Source: Pseudomonadota bacterium
GTDB lineage: Bacteria; Pseudomonadota; Gammaproteobacteria; Burkholderiales; Rhodocyclaceae
Reading direction: 5' to 3'
DNA: 64,000 nucleotides
NCBI GenBank assembly: GCA_043826925.1
Contig: JBDRPN010000002.1
Span: 23,840 to 87,839 of the forward strand
Below, piece by piece: positions 1 through 9,430 of the stretch. A program made the translations under genes and the position numbers. How positions within the stretch are numbered: the stretch's first letter is position 1; each line of letters opens with the position of its first letter. Below the pieces are notes generated by a model, which saw only the letters and a program-made list of their open reading frames with translations, did no database searches and was not told the DNA's origin.

Positions 1-34
1 TGGTCTTGCCCCAATGGGCTTTGTGCAGATCCAT
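1..34 (-). CDS. 5' end of a gene running off the left edge (MDLHKAHWGKT...), product unknown
   Basis: Minus-strand ATG at 34-32 preceded by a strong SD (AAGGAGA, 44-38); divergent from the P-loop gene; only 11 codons visible. Confidence 0.45.
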   Translation of the reverse strand, partial: MDLHKAHWGKT

Positions 35-175
35 GATTCTCCTTAAAGCAAAAGTCCGATGCTGCGCTGCCGGAATGCCCCGGACCTGGAGAAGTCCTTT
101 TCGATGTCAGGGTCTATTAAGGATTGCTAATATCACGGGCACCGTGAAGGGAGCGTCAAGATGGGACGCCGTACC

Positions 176-224
176 GGACTTTGTCTGCCGGGGATTTCGC
201 TTCGCGGGCCGGCAAGCGCCGACT
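176..224. repeat. Dispersed 49-bp repeat, copy 1 (copy 2 at 42263-42311)
   Basis: ggactttgtctgccggggatttcgcttcgcgggccggcaagcgccgact matches 42263-42311 at 44 of 49 positions by manual alignment. Confidence 0.8.
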
Positions 225-321
225 TTCGGCGCAAGCCTGGCACGCCTGCGCCATGCGCTATGCTGGGCGCCGAACGGGGACAGGACATGCGACGAGCGAT
301 CTTCTTTGCGCCGGGGGGGCG

Positions 322-2073
322 ATGATGGCCAGCGAGGCTGCTGCCGACATGGAAGGCTCGGCCTGGAATCCCGGTGTCGGCACCGGCATCCCCGCGGAGT
401 TCCGCGCGCTCGAAACCATCTTGCGGCCCGAGTGCGTGTTCACCGGCGTCGGCGAGATCGACGAACTCGCCGCGCTGACCGGGCTGCCGCACGAGGAACT
501 CACGCTGTTCCGCCCGCAAAGGCTGGCGCTGCATGAGATCATCATCCGCGTCACGGCCGACGTCGCGGTGGCCGAGGGCGAGGAGGAAGAGGATTTCGGG
601 CGCAATTTCCGCCGCATCGCGACCAGGATCCGCGACGCCTACGTCGTTCCGCACATGGGCGAAATCGAGCAGGCCTATGCCGAACTGAGCCAGCGTGCCG
701 CTGCGCTGGTAAGCCGGATCCTGGAGGACACGCTGTTCCTGCCGCCGCCACCGGCAGCCGCGCGCGGCTGGTTCGGCCGCTGGCGCCGGGACAAGCGCCC
801 GAGCGCGCCGTCCGAGCCGGCCGCCGAGCGCGAGTACCGCATCGTCGCGGACTACAAGAGGCTGGGCCTGGGCACCGAAGATCCGCTACGGCGCGCCGCG
901 TACAAGAGCCTCTACCGGGTGCTTGGCGCGATTGCCGGCAAGCGCGGCCGCCTCGGCGCGGACCGCGACCTGCTGGCGAAGCTGGTCGCGCGCCACGTCT
1001 GCAACAGCCAGGGCAGCCAGCTGATCGGCCAGATGATCGCGCCCTGGGTCGTCGCGGCGATCGACGCGGAAGGCTACGTCCGCGTCGCCACCCAGGCGGC
1101 GCCGGTGCTGATTAGCCTGAAAGGCGCCTCGGCGGCCGGCAAGAGTTCGCTGCGGCCCATGCTCAAGCAGGTCCTGCGCGAACAGGGCATCGCCGCCGAC
1201 GGCTATGCCACGATCAGCCCGGATGTCTGGCGGCGCCAGCTGCTCGACTACGAATCGCTCGGGCGGGCGCGCAAATATGCCGGCCACCTGACCAGCCGCG
1301 AGCTGATGGTGATCGACGGCAAGCTCGATCGCTACATCCGCGACAAGGCCGATCGCGAGCACGCCATCCCGCACCTGCTGGTCGATCGCTTCCGCTTCGA
1401 CAGTTTCACCGCCGAGAAGGTGGCGCGGGTGCTGCACGACACCTATGCGCGCTACGTGCACACCATGTACATGTACTTCATCGTCACGCCGCCCGAGACC
1501 ACCGTGCTGCGCGGCTGGCAGCGGGCGCTGGAGCGCGGCCGCTACAAGGCGGTGGAGGATTTCCTGGCGCACGGTGTGGAGGCCTACCGCGGCATGCCGA
1601 AGATCCTGTTCAAATGGCTGGCCAGCCCGCGCCCCGACTACCGCTACGTCTTCCTCGACAACCGCGTGGCGCGCGGCAGCTTTCCCAAGACCATCGCCAG
1701 CGGCGACCGCGACCGGATGGTGATTTACGATCCGGCCGCCTTCATCGACATCGAGCGCTACCAGAAGGTCGACATCCATGCCGGCGCGCCGGCCGAGCTC
1801 TACCCGGCGTCGTCCGATCTGACGGTCGCCGCGAATTCCGGCTTCCTCAGGGAATGCGTGCGGCGCATCGCGACGCTGGAATTCGTCGATCGCGACAGCG
1901 GCCGTGCCTACCTGCGCGCGCACCGGGGCAGCTTCGAGGTACTCGACGCGGCACTGCTGGCGCGGCTTATGAGCGATGCGGAGTTCGCCGCTGCGCTGGG
2001 CGCGATCGCGCCCGGGTTGGCGGCGTCCGGGCAAGAGTTGGCGCTGGTGACACGGCGGAATACGCTTCCCTGA
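322..2073 (+). CDS. P-loop NTPase/kinase-like protein, zeta-toxin-like C-terminal domain
   Basis: Long ORF; Walker A GASAAGKSS (1123-1149) followed by ISPDVWRRQL. Start uncertain (ATG 322/325/349; track TTG 181 lies inside a repeat). Confidence 0.6.
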   Translation: MMASEAAADMEGSAWNPGVGTGIPAEFRALETILRPECVFTGVGEIDELAALTGLPHEELTLFRPQRLALHEIIIRVTADVAVAEGEEEEDFGRNFRRIATRIRDAYVVPHMGEIEQAYAELSQRAAALVSRILEDTLFLPPPPAAARGWFGRWRRDKRPSAPSEPAAEREYRIVADYKRLGLGTEDPLRRAAYKSLYRVLGAIAGKRGRLGADRDLLAKLVARHVCNSQGSQLIGQMIAPWVVAAIDAEGYVRVATQAAPVLISLKGASAAGKSSLRPMLKQVLREQGIAADGYATISPDVWRRQLLDYESLGRARKYAGHLTSRELMVIDGKLDRYIRDKADREHAIPHLLVDRFRFDSFTAEKVARVLHDTYARYVHTMYMYFIVTPPETTVLRGWQRALERGRYKAVEDFLAHGVEAYRGMPKILFKWLASPRPDYRYVFLDNRVARGSFPKTIASGDRDRMVIYDPAAFIDIERYQKVDIHAGAPAELYPASSDLTVAANSGFLRECVRRIATLEFVDRDSGRAYLRAHRGSFEVLDAALLARLMSDAEFAAALGAIAPGLAASGQELALVTRRNTLP

Positions 2074-2157
2074 TTGCGGAATAAAAACCTTGTTGGCCTC
2101 GGTGTAATAGGCGCTGCTACTATCTGACGCTTCGTCAAGAGAGCGTCAAGAACGGGT

Positions 2158-2190
2158 GTAGGCCGTACTCCCGGACGCTGCGCAACCTAC
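2158..2190. repeat. Degenerate GTAG-type REP-like hairpin upstream of sulP
   Basis: GTAGG...CCTAC termini around 23 nt. Confidence 0.35.
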
Positions 2191-2198
2191 CCCGGAAT

Positions 2199-4361
2199 AT
2201 GAGTTTTCCGCTGCTGCTGCAACGCTTCCTGCCCTTCCTGACCTGGTTTCCCTATTCCGGGGCGACGCTGCGTGCCGACTTCATTGCCGGCCTCACCGTG
2301 GCGCTGGTGCTGGTGCCGCAGTCGATGGCCTATGCCCAGCTGGCCGGTCTGCCGGCCTATTACGGACTCTATGCGGCTTTTCTGCCGGTGGTGGTGGCGG
2401 CGCTGTGGGGCTCGTCGCGCCAGCTCGGCACCGGGCCGGTGGCGGTCGCCTCGCTGCTCACCGCGTCCTCGCTGGCGCCGCTGGCGGCGCCGGGCTCGGA
2501 CGCCTTCGTCGCGCTGGCGATCATGCTGGCCCTGCTGGTCGGCATCTTTCAGCTCGCGCTGGGCGTGTTCAAGCTCGGCGTGGTGGTGAATTTCCTGTCG
2601 CACCCGGTCATCGTCGGCTTCACCAATGCGGCGGCGATCATCATCGGCCTGTCCCAGGTGAACAAGCTGATCGGCGTGCCGATGGGGCGCTCCGAGTCCT
2701 TCGTCAGCGACATCTGGGGCGTCGTGCAGCTGGTCGGAGACACCCATCTGCCGACCCTGGCCATGGGCGCAACTGCGATCGCCATCATGTGGGCGATCCG
2801 CAGACAGGCGCCCAAGCTGCCCGGCGTGCTGATCGCGGTCGCCCTGACCACCGTGGTCTCGTGGCAGATCGGCTTCGAGCGCAGCGCCAGCGCGAGCATC
2901 GAGCAGATTGCCGAGCCCGAGGCGCAGACGCTGCTCGGCGAATTCGTGCGCACCGAGGCGCGCATCAGGGAGATCAACGACCAGCTTGCCGCCGGCAATG
3001 GCGAACTCAGGAAGCTGCAAAAGGCCGGCAGCGAATCGGCTCACGATGTAGCCCGGCTGCGCTATGAGATCGAACTGCTCAAGCTGCAGCTCAAGGATCG
3101 CGAGGATGAAAACCGCCGTCGCAGCCGCGCCATTCGCGCCACCGTGCTGGAGCAGGTGCCCGCCGGCGACGGCAAGCCGGCGGTCTACTTCGCCCAGGGC
3201 AAGGTGCCGGCGGGGCTGCAGACCGAAGGTCATCGCTGGCGCATCACCCGCACCGTCCATGGCGCGGGCGGCGAGATCACCCTGACCGGCGGTGGCCAGG
3301 TGGTCGGCCGCATTCCCGAGGGCCTGCCCTCCGTCAGCTTGCCAAAATTTTCCTGGGAAGCCTTTGTCAGCCTGCTCGCCGCGGCCATCGTGATTTCGCT
3401 GGTGGGCTTCATGGAGGCGATTTCCATCGCCAAGGCCATCGCCGCCAAGACTCGGCAGAAAATCGACCCCAACCAGGAACTGATTGGCCAGGGCCTGGCC
3501 AACCTGGTCGGCAGCCTGACCCAGTCCTTCCCGGTTTCCGGCTCCTTCTCGCGCTCGGCGGTGAATATCAACGCCGGGGCCAAGTCCGGCATGTCCTCGG
3601 TCATCACCGGGGCATTCGTGCTGCTGACCCTGCTGTTCCTGACGCCGCTGCTCTACCACCTGCCGCAGGCGGTGCTTGCCGCCGTCATCATCATGGCGGT
3701 GATCGGCCTGATCAACTTCGGCGCCATCAAGCACGCCTGGCAGGCCAACCGGCACGACGGCATCGCCTCGGTGGTCACCTTCGTCGCCACCCTGGCGGCG
3801 GCGCCCCACCTTGACAAGGGCATCATGCTCGGCGCCGGGCTGGCCATCCTGCTTTATCTCTATCGCACCATGACGCCGCGCGTCGCCATCCTCGGCCGTT
3901 ATCACGACGGCACGCTGCGCGACGTGAAGGTGAACCAGTTGCCCGAATCGCGCGTGGTGGTCGCGGTGCGCTTCGACGGCCGACTCTACTTCGCCAATGT
4001 CTCCTACTTCGAGGACGCCCTGCTCGAAGCCGTCGCCAGCAACCCGCAGGTGGCCTACCTGCTGGTGGTCGGCGACGGCATCAACGAGCTCGATGCCTCG
4101 GGCGAGGAGGTGGTGCGCCACCTGGTCGAGCGCTTGCGTGCCAGCGGCATCACGGTGCTGTTCTCCGGCCTCAAGAAGCAGGTGATCGACGTCATGCATG
4201 CCACCGGCCTGTTCGACTACATCGGCCAGCCGAATATCTTCCCCACCGCCGACCTGGCCATCGAAGCTGCGTATGCGGCCGCGTCGGCGGCAGGCAGGGA
4301 GCACGCCTCGACCCTGCTCAAAAATCGACCTGTCGCCGCCGCGACAGCCCCGGCGCCGTAA
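2199..4361 (+). CDS. sulP: SulP/SLC26 anion (sulfate/bicarbonate) permease with STAS domain
   Basis: DFIAGLTVALVLVPQSMAYAQLAGLP, GLYAA, GSFSRSAVN, NQELIGQGLANL motifs; C-terminal STAS (RFDGRLYFAN...INELDASG). Confidence 0.93.
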   Translation: MSFPLLLQRFLPFLTWFPYSGATLRADFIAGLTVALVLVPQSMAYAQLAGLPAYYGLYAAFLPVVVAALWGSSRQLGTGPVAVASLLTASSLAPLAAPGSDAFVALAIMLALLVGIFQLALGVFKLGVVVNFLSHPVIVGFTNAAAIIIGLSQVNKLIGVPMGRSESFVSDIWGVVQLVGDTHLPTLAMGATAIAIMWAIRRQAPKLPGVLIAVALTTVVSWQIGFERSASASIEQIAEPEAQTLLGEFVRTEARIREINDQLAAGNGELRKLQKAGSESAHDVARLRYEIELLKLQLKDREDENRRRSRAIRATVLEQVPAGDGKPAVYFAQGKVPAGLQTEGHRWRITRTVHGAGGEITLTGGGQVVGRIPEGLPSVSLPKFSWEAFVSLLAAAIVISLVGFMEAISIAKAIAAKTRQKIDPNQELIGQGLANLVGSLTQSFPVSGSFSRSAVNINAGAKSGMSSVITGAFVLLTLLFLTPLLYHLPQAVLAAVIIMAVIGLINFGAIKHAWQANRHDGIASVVTFVATLAAAPHLDKGIMLGAGLAILLYLYRTMTPRVAILGRYHDGTLRDVKVNQLPESRVVVAVRFDGRLYFANVSYFEDALLEAVASNPQVAYLLVVGDGINELDASGEEVVRHLVERLRASGITVLFSGLKKQVIDVMHATGLFDYIGQPNIFPTADLAIEAAYAAASAAGREHASTLLKNRPVAAATAPAP

Positions 4362-4395
4362 CGCCAGCACCAACTCTTCACCGTCCAGCCCGATC

Positions 4396-6333
4396 ATGAA
4401 AAAACCGTCGCCCAAGATCCTCATCGCCGCCGCCTGCTTCCTGCTGATGTGGGGCGCCGCAGCTACGGTGGCCCCCGGTATCGAGGTAGCCGTGGTGCTC
4501 GGCATCCTGCTGCTGACGGTGTTCCTGTTCGCCTTCGAGGTGGTCGGCGTCGACGTCGCCGCGGTCAGCATCATGGTGATACTCGGCCTGATCAGCCATT
4601 TCGGTGCGGCATTGGGCATGGCCAAGCCTCTGGTGCCGCCCACCGAGTTGTTCCGCGGCTTCTCCAGCAACGCCGTGATTTCCATCATCGCCGTGATGAT
4701 CATCGGCGCCGGACTGGACAAGACCGGCCTGATGGGCAAGGTGGCCGGCACCATCCTCAAATACGCCGGCCGCACCGAGGCGCGCATCATCCCGGCGATT
4801 TCGGGCTCGGTCGGCTTCATTTCCAGCTTCATGCAGAACGTCGGCGCCGCCGCGCTGTTCCTGCCGGTGGTGAGCCGCATTTCGGCGCGCACCGGACTCG
4901 CGATGTCGCGCCTGCTGATGCCCATGGGTTTCTGCGCAATCCTCGGCGGCACCATCACCATGGTCGGTTCGAGCCCGCTGATCCTGCTCAACGACCTGAT
5001 CCTCACCTCCAACAAGGCCCTGCCGGCGGCACAGCAGATGGCGACCTGGTCGCTGTTTTCGGTAACGCCGATCGGCCTTGCGCTGCTCGGCACCGGCATC
5101 GCCTATTTCGTGCTCGCCGGACGCTTCGTGTTGCCGGGAAAGGCGGCAGTCGACGTGGTCAGCGGCGCCGATGCGGTGGATTACTTCCAGCAACTGTATG
5201 GGCTCGATTACGCGATCTACGAGGCGGTGGTGACGGCGGACAGTCCGCTGGTCGGCAAGCTGATCAATGACATCGAGGGCCCGAACCGGCTGCGCGTGAT
5301 CGCCATCCTGCGCGGCAGCGACGACTTGCGCATGGGGCCGTCGCGCGACGTCCAGATCGTCGGCGGCAGCGTCCTGGGCCTGCTCGGCGCGCCGGAGCGC
5401 CTGCGTGAATTCGCCGCGAACAGCGGTCTGCGCCTGCGCGAAGATCTCGAAACCTTCGCCGAACAACTCGCGCCCACCAAGGCGGGCATTGCCGAGGTGG
5501 TGATTCCGCCGCGCTCGGACCTTATCGGCAAGAGCGCGCGCGATGTCTGGATGCGCAAGACCTATGGCATTTCCATGACGGCGCTGCACCGCGGCGGCGC
5601 GACGTTGCGCGAAGGCGACGGCATCCGCGACATGCCCTTGCAGGCCGGCGATGCGCTGGTGGTACATACCAGCTGGGAAGCCCTGGCGCACCTGGAACAG
5701 GACAAGAACTTCGTCGTCATCACCACCGAGTATCCGCACGAGGAACTGCGCCCGCACAAGGTCAGGCAGGCGCTGGCTTTTTTCGGCATCACGCTGGTGC
5801 TGATCCTGTTTACCGACATCCGCCTCTCGATCGCGCTGATGAGCGGTGCGATCGGCATGATTCTCGCGGGCGTGCTGAAGATCGAGGAGGCCTACCAAGC
5901 GGTGAGCTGGAAATCCGTGTTCCTGCTCGCCAGCCTGATTCCGCTCGGCCTTGCGGTGGAAACCAGCGGCACCGCGGCGTGGATCGCGCAACAGACGCTG
6001 GCGCTGCTCGGCGGCACGCCGATCTGGGTGATCCAGCTGGCCATCGCGGTGCTGGCGACTTTCTTCACGCTGGTGATGTCGAACGTCGGCGCCACCGTGC
6101 TGCTGGTGCCGCTGGCGGTGAATATCGCGATCGGCGCCGGCGCCAACCCGGCAGTGTTTGCGCTGACCGTGGCGCTGGCGACCTCCAACTCCTTCTTCCT
6201 GCCGACCCACCAGGTCAATGCACTCATCATGGGGCCGGCGGGCTACCGGGTGGCCGACTTCATGCGCGCCGGCGGCATCATGACGCTGCTGTTCATCGTG
6301 GTGCTGATGGTCATGATGAACCTGGTGTTCTGA
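4396..6333 (+). CDS. SLC13/CitMHS-type permease with two TrkA-C (RCK_C) domains
   Basis: GFSSNAVISIIAVMIIGAGLDKTG, SSFMQNVGA, GGTITMVGSSP, MSNVGAT, HQVNALIMGPAGY motifs; central soluble RCK_C-like repeats. Confidence 0.88.
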   Translation: MKKPSPKILIAAACFLLMWGAAATVAPGIEVAVVLGILLLTVFLFAFEVVGVDVAAVSIMVILGLISHFGAALGMAKPLVPPTELFRGFSSNAVISIIAVMIIGAGLDKTGLMGKVAGTILKYAGRTEARIIPAISGSVGFISSFMQNVGAAALFLPVVSRISARTGLAMSRLLMPMGFCAILGGTITMVGSSPLILLNDLILTSNKALPAAQQMATWSLFSVTPIGLALLGTGIAYFVLAGRFVLPGKAAVDVVSGADAVDYFQQLYGLDYAIYEAVVTADSPLVGKLINDIEGPNRLRVIAILRGSDDLRMGPSRDVQIVGGSVLGLLGAPERLREFAANSGLRLREDLETFAEQLAPTKAGIAEVVIPPRSDLIGKSARDVWMRKTYGISMTALHRGGATLREGDGIRDMPLQAGDALVVHTSWEALAHLEQDKNFVVITTEYPHEELRPHKVRQALAFFGITLVLILFTDIRLSIALMSGAIGMILAGVLKIEEAYQAVSWKSVFLLASLIPLGLAVETSGTAAWIAQQTLALLGGTPIWVIQLAIAVLATFFTLVMSNVGATVLLVPLAVNIAIGAGANPAVFALTVALATSNSFFLPTHQVNALIMGPAGYRVADFMRAGGIMTLLFIVVLMVMMNLVF

Positions 6334-6467
6334 CCGCTCCATGACGCCAGCCTGCTGCCGATTGGCCATGGCGCGGCGTCTTGCCGGAGCGGCAGGATAG
6401 CCCGGCGCCGGCAGTGGGGCGCCTCGGGGCGGCTGACGCTGCTAGAATTGCGCCTGATCCCGCCACC

Positions 6468-8477
6468 ATGACCAGCCTCCTGCACGTCGATTTCCTGCTG
6501 ATTGCTTCTTGCGCCTGGCTGGCTGTCGGGCTGCTGGGGCTGGCGGCGCCGCGCAATACCTACTTCATCAGCAAGATCCTGTTTCCGCTCGGTGCGCTCG
6601 TCGCTATGCTGGTGGGATTGACGGCGCTGGCGTCGCTGGGCGGTCAGGCAGAGACCGCGGTGCTGGCCATCGGCCTGCCGGACCTGCCCTTCCACCTGCG
6701 CCTGGACAATCTGTCCGCCGTGTTCGCCCTGTTGCTGGGTTTCGCCTCGGTCGGCATCTCGATCTTCGCCGCCGGCTACTTCCGGGAAGGCGAGGGCACC
6801 GCGCCCGGCGTGCTCTGTCTCGAATACCACGTCTTTCTCGCCAGCATGCTGCTGGTGCTGCTGGCCGACGACGCCTACGCCTTCATGGTGGCCTGGGAGA
6901 GCATGGCGCTGTCGTCCTTCTTCCTCGTCACCACCAACCATCAGCACGCCGAGATACGCCGCGCCGGCTTTCTCTACCTGCTTATCGCCCATATCGGCGC
7001 CATATCCATCCTGCTCTCCTTCGGCGTGATGACCGGCGGCGCCGGCGACTACAGCTTTGCCGGCATGCGCGCCCAGGAGCTGTCGCCGTTCTGGGCCTCG
7101 GCGGCCTTCCTCCTGGCGCTGGCCGGCTTCGGCGCCAAGGCCGGCCTGGTGCCGCTGCACGTCTGGCTGCCCGAGGCGCATCCGGCGGCACCCTCGCCGG
7201 TCTCGGCGATGATGAGCGGCGTGATGCTGAAGACGGCAATCTACGGCCTGCTGCGGGTGAGCTTCGACTTGTTGCACACGACGATCTGGTGGTGGGGCGT
7301 GGTGGCGCTGGCGGTGGGTCTGGTCACGGCGCTTTTCGGCGTGCTCTACAGCACGGTGCAAAGCGACATGAAGAGGCTGCTGGCCTATTCGTCGATCGAG
7401 AATATCGGCCTGATAGCGGTCGGCATCGGCCTGACCCTGATCTTCCATGCCTACCGCATGGAGGCGCTGGCGGCCCTGGCCATGACGGCAGTGCTCTACC
7501 ACTGCCTGGCCCATTCCGCCTTCAAGAGCCTGCTGTTCCTGTGCACCGGTTCGGTGCTGCACGCGACCAAGGAGCGCAGCCTGGGCAAGCTCGGCGGCCT
7601 GATCCATCGCATGCCCTGGGTGGCTTGGCTGGCCTTGGCGGGCGTGGTCGCCAGCGCCGGCTTGCCGCCCTTGTCGGGCTTTGTTTCGGAGTGGCTGCTG
7701 CTGCAAAGCTTCCTGTTTTCGCCGGGCCTGCCGCACCCCTGGCTCAACATGGTGGTGCCGGTGGCCGCCGCGCTGGTGGTCTTGGTCGCCGCATTGGCCG
7801 GCTTCGCCATGGTCAAGTTCTACGGCATCATCTTCCTCGGCCAGATGCGCGAGCCCGGGCTGAAGGACGCTCATGATGCCGGCAGCTGGGAAAAAGTCGG
7901 CTTGGTGTGGCTGGCGCTGATCACCTTGCTGCTGGGCATCTTTCCCTCGACGGTCATCCTGCGCATCGACGCGGCCACGCGCCAGTTGCTCGGCACGGGT
8001 CTGGCCGACAAGCTGAACGAGCAGGGCTGGTGGATGCTGGCGCCTATTTCGCCGGAACGCGCCAGCTACGAGCCGATGATCTTCCTGGTCACCATCGCGT
8101 CCACCTTGCTGCTCGGCCGCTGGCTGGTGCGCCATCTCTACCATGGACGCGTGCGTCGCACCACGGCATGGGACTGCGGCTACTACTTCCAGGGCCCGCG
8201 CGCGCAGGACACCGCCGAGGGCTTCAGCCAGCCGATCCGCCGCATCTTCGAGCCGATGTTCCGCATGCTCCGGCATTTCCCGACCGCGCGCGACACCGCA
8301 CCGCATTACAGCGTCAAGGTCGAGGATCATTTCTGGTACTGGCTCTACCTGCCGCTGGCCCGCTTGGCCGCCCGGCTGTCGACGCTGATCGTCACCCTGC
8401 AGGGCGGGCGCATTGCCGTCTATCTGATGTACAGCTTCATCACCCTGCTGGTGCTCCTGCTGGTGGCGCGGCCATGA
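6468..8477 (+). CDS. hyfB: Hydrogenase-4 component B-like antiporter subunit (NuoL/MrpA family) of an Ehr-type complex
   Basis: AWESMALSSF, GFGAKAGLVPLHVWLPEAHPAAPSPVSAMMSG, KRLLAYSSIEN, WDCGY motifs. Confidence 0.9.
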   Translation: MTSLLHVDFLLIASCAWLAVGLLGLAAPRNTYFISKILFPLGALVAMLVGLTALASLGGQAETAVLAIGLPDLPFHLRLDNLSAVFALLLGFASVGISIFAAGYFREGEGTAPGVLCLEYHVFLASMLLVLLADDAYAFMVAWESMALSSFFLVTTNHQHAEIRRAGFLYLLIAHIGAISILLSFGVMTGGAGDYSFAGMRAQELSPFWASAAFLLALAGFGAKAGLVPLHVWLPEAHPAAPSPVSAMMSGVMLKTAIYGLLRVSFDLLHTTIWWWGVVALAVGLVTALFGVLYSTVQSDMKRLLAYSSIENIGLIAVGIGLTLIFHAYRMEALAALAMTAVLYHCLAHSAFKSLLFLCTGSVLHATKERSLGKLGGLIHRMPWVAWLALAGVVASAGLPPLSGFVSEWLLLQSFLFSPGLPHPWLNMVVPVAAALVVLVAALAGFAMVKFYGIIFLGQMREPGLKDAHDAGSWEKVGLVWLALITLLLGIFPSTVILRIDAATRQLLGTGLADKLNEQGWWMLAPISPERASYEPMIFLVTIASTLLLGRWLVRHLYHGRVRRTTAWDCGYYFQGPRAQDTAEGFSQPIRRIFEPMFRMLRHFPTARDTAPHYSVKVEDHFWYWLYLPLARLAARLSTLIVTLQGGRIAVYLMYSFITLLVLLLVARP

Positions 8478-9430
8478 TTTCCGTCTCGGGACTGTTTGGC
8501 CAGGCCTTCGCGATCCTGCTGGCGCTGGCGCTGGCGCCGCTGCTGTCGGGCTGGGTGGGGCAATGCCGGGCCTGGCTGCAAAGCCGCAGTGCGCCGCCGC
8601 TGCTGCAGCCCTACTACATGCTGCAGAAGCTGTTCCACAAGGATGTGGTACTGGCGCATGGCGCTTCGTCCCTGTTCCGCGTCGCGCCCTTCGTGGTCTT
8701 CGGTTGCATGGTGCTGGCCTGCGCCATTATTCCCACGCTGTCCACCGACCTGCCGCTGGCGCCGGCCGCCGACGCCCTCGCCCTGGTCGGCGTATTCGGT
8801 CTGGCGCGGATTTTCATTTCGCTCGCCGCGATGGATGTCGGCACTTCCTTCGGTAGCCTCGGTGGTCGCCGCGAAATGCTGATTGGATTTCTCGCCGAGC
8901 CGGCGCTGCTGATGGTGATTTTTACCCTGGCCATGATCGCCCAGTCGACCTCGGTCGCCACCATCGTCGATACCCTGGCCCATCGCGATCTGGTGATCTA
9001 CCCGAGCCTGGCCTTTGCCGGCATCGCCTTCACCTTCGTCTCCTTCGCCGAGAATGCCCGCGTGCCGGTGGACAATCCGGCCACCCATCTCGAACTGACC
9101 ATGATCCACGAGGCGATGATCCTCGAGTATTCCGGCCGCCATCTGGCGCTGCTCGAATGGGCGGCCAGCCTCAAGCTTTATGCCTACTCCTGTCTCGGCC
9201 TGGCGCTGTTTTTTCCCTGGGGCATCGCATCGGGCGACAGCTTCCTGGCGCTGGTCGCGGCGATACCGCTGCTGCTGTTCAAACTGAGCATCGGCGGCTT
9301 CCTGCTGGCCGTGATCGAGACCATCAACGCCAAGATGCGCATCTTCCGCGCGCCCGAGTTTCTCGGTACCGCCTTCATGCTGGCAGTGCTCGGACTGCTG
9401 GTGCGCCTGCTGCTGGAGAGCCGGGTATGA
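8474..9430 (+). CDS. hyfC: HyfC/HycD (NuoH-like) membrane subunit
   Basis: ATGA overlap with hyfB; QPYYMLQKLFHK, AENARVPVDNPATHLELTMIHEAMILEYSG. Confidence 0.9.
   Translation: MISVSGLFGQAFAILLALALAPLLSGWVGQCRAWLQSRSAPPLLQPYYMLQKLFHKDVVLAHGASSLFRVAPFVVFGCMVLACAIIPTLSTDLPLAPAADALALVGVFGLARIFISLAAMDVGTSFGSLGGRREMLIGFLAEPALLMVIFTLAMIAQSTSVATIVDTLAHRDLVIYPSLAFAGIAFTFVSFAENARVPVDNPATHLELTMIHEAMILEYSGRHLALLEWAASLKLYAYSCLGLALFFPWGIASGDSFLALVAAIPLLLFKLSIGGFLLAVIETINAKMRIFRAPEFLGTAFMLAVLGLLVRLLLESRV

Noticed and set aside
181-321. N-terminal extension of the P-loop ORF from TTG 181
   Set aside because: It starts inside a dispersed repeat and has no SD; ATG 322/325 is more plausible.
2187-5099. 970-aa minus-strand ORF, plus other long antisense ORFs (6243-8330, 25513-27609, 37624-40194, 47050-50244, 49884-52523, 59122-61962)
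   Set aside because: They lie antisense to well-supported genes, carry no family motifs, and are the expected shadows of GC-rich codon bias.
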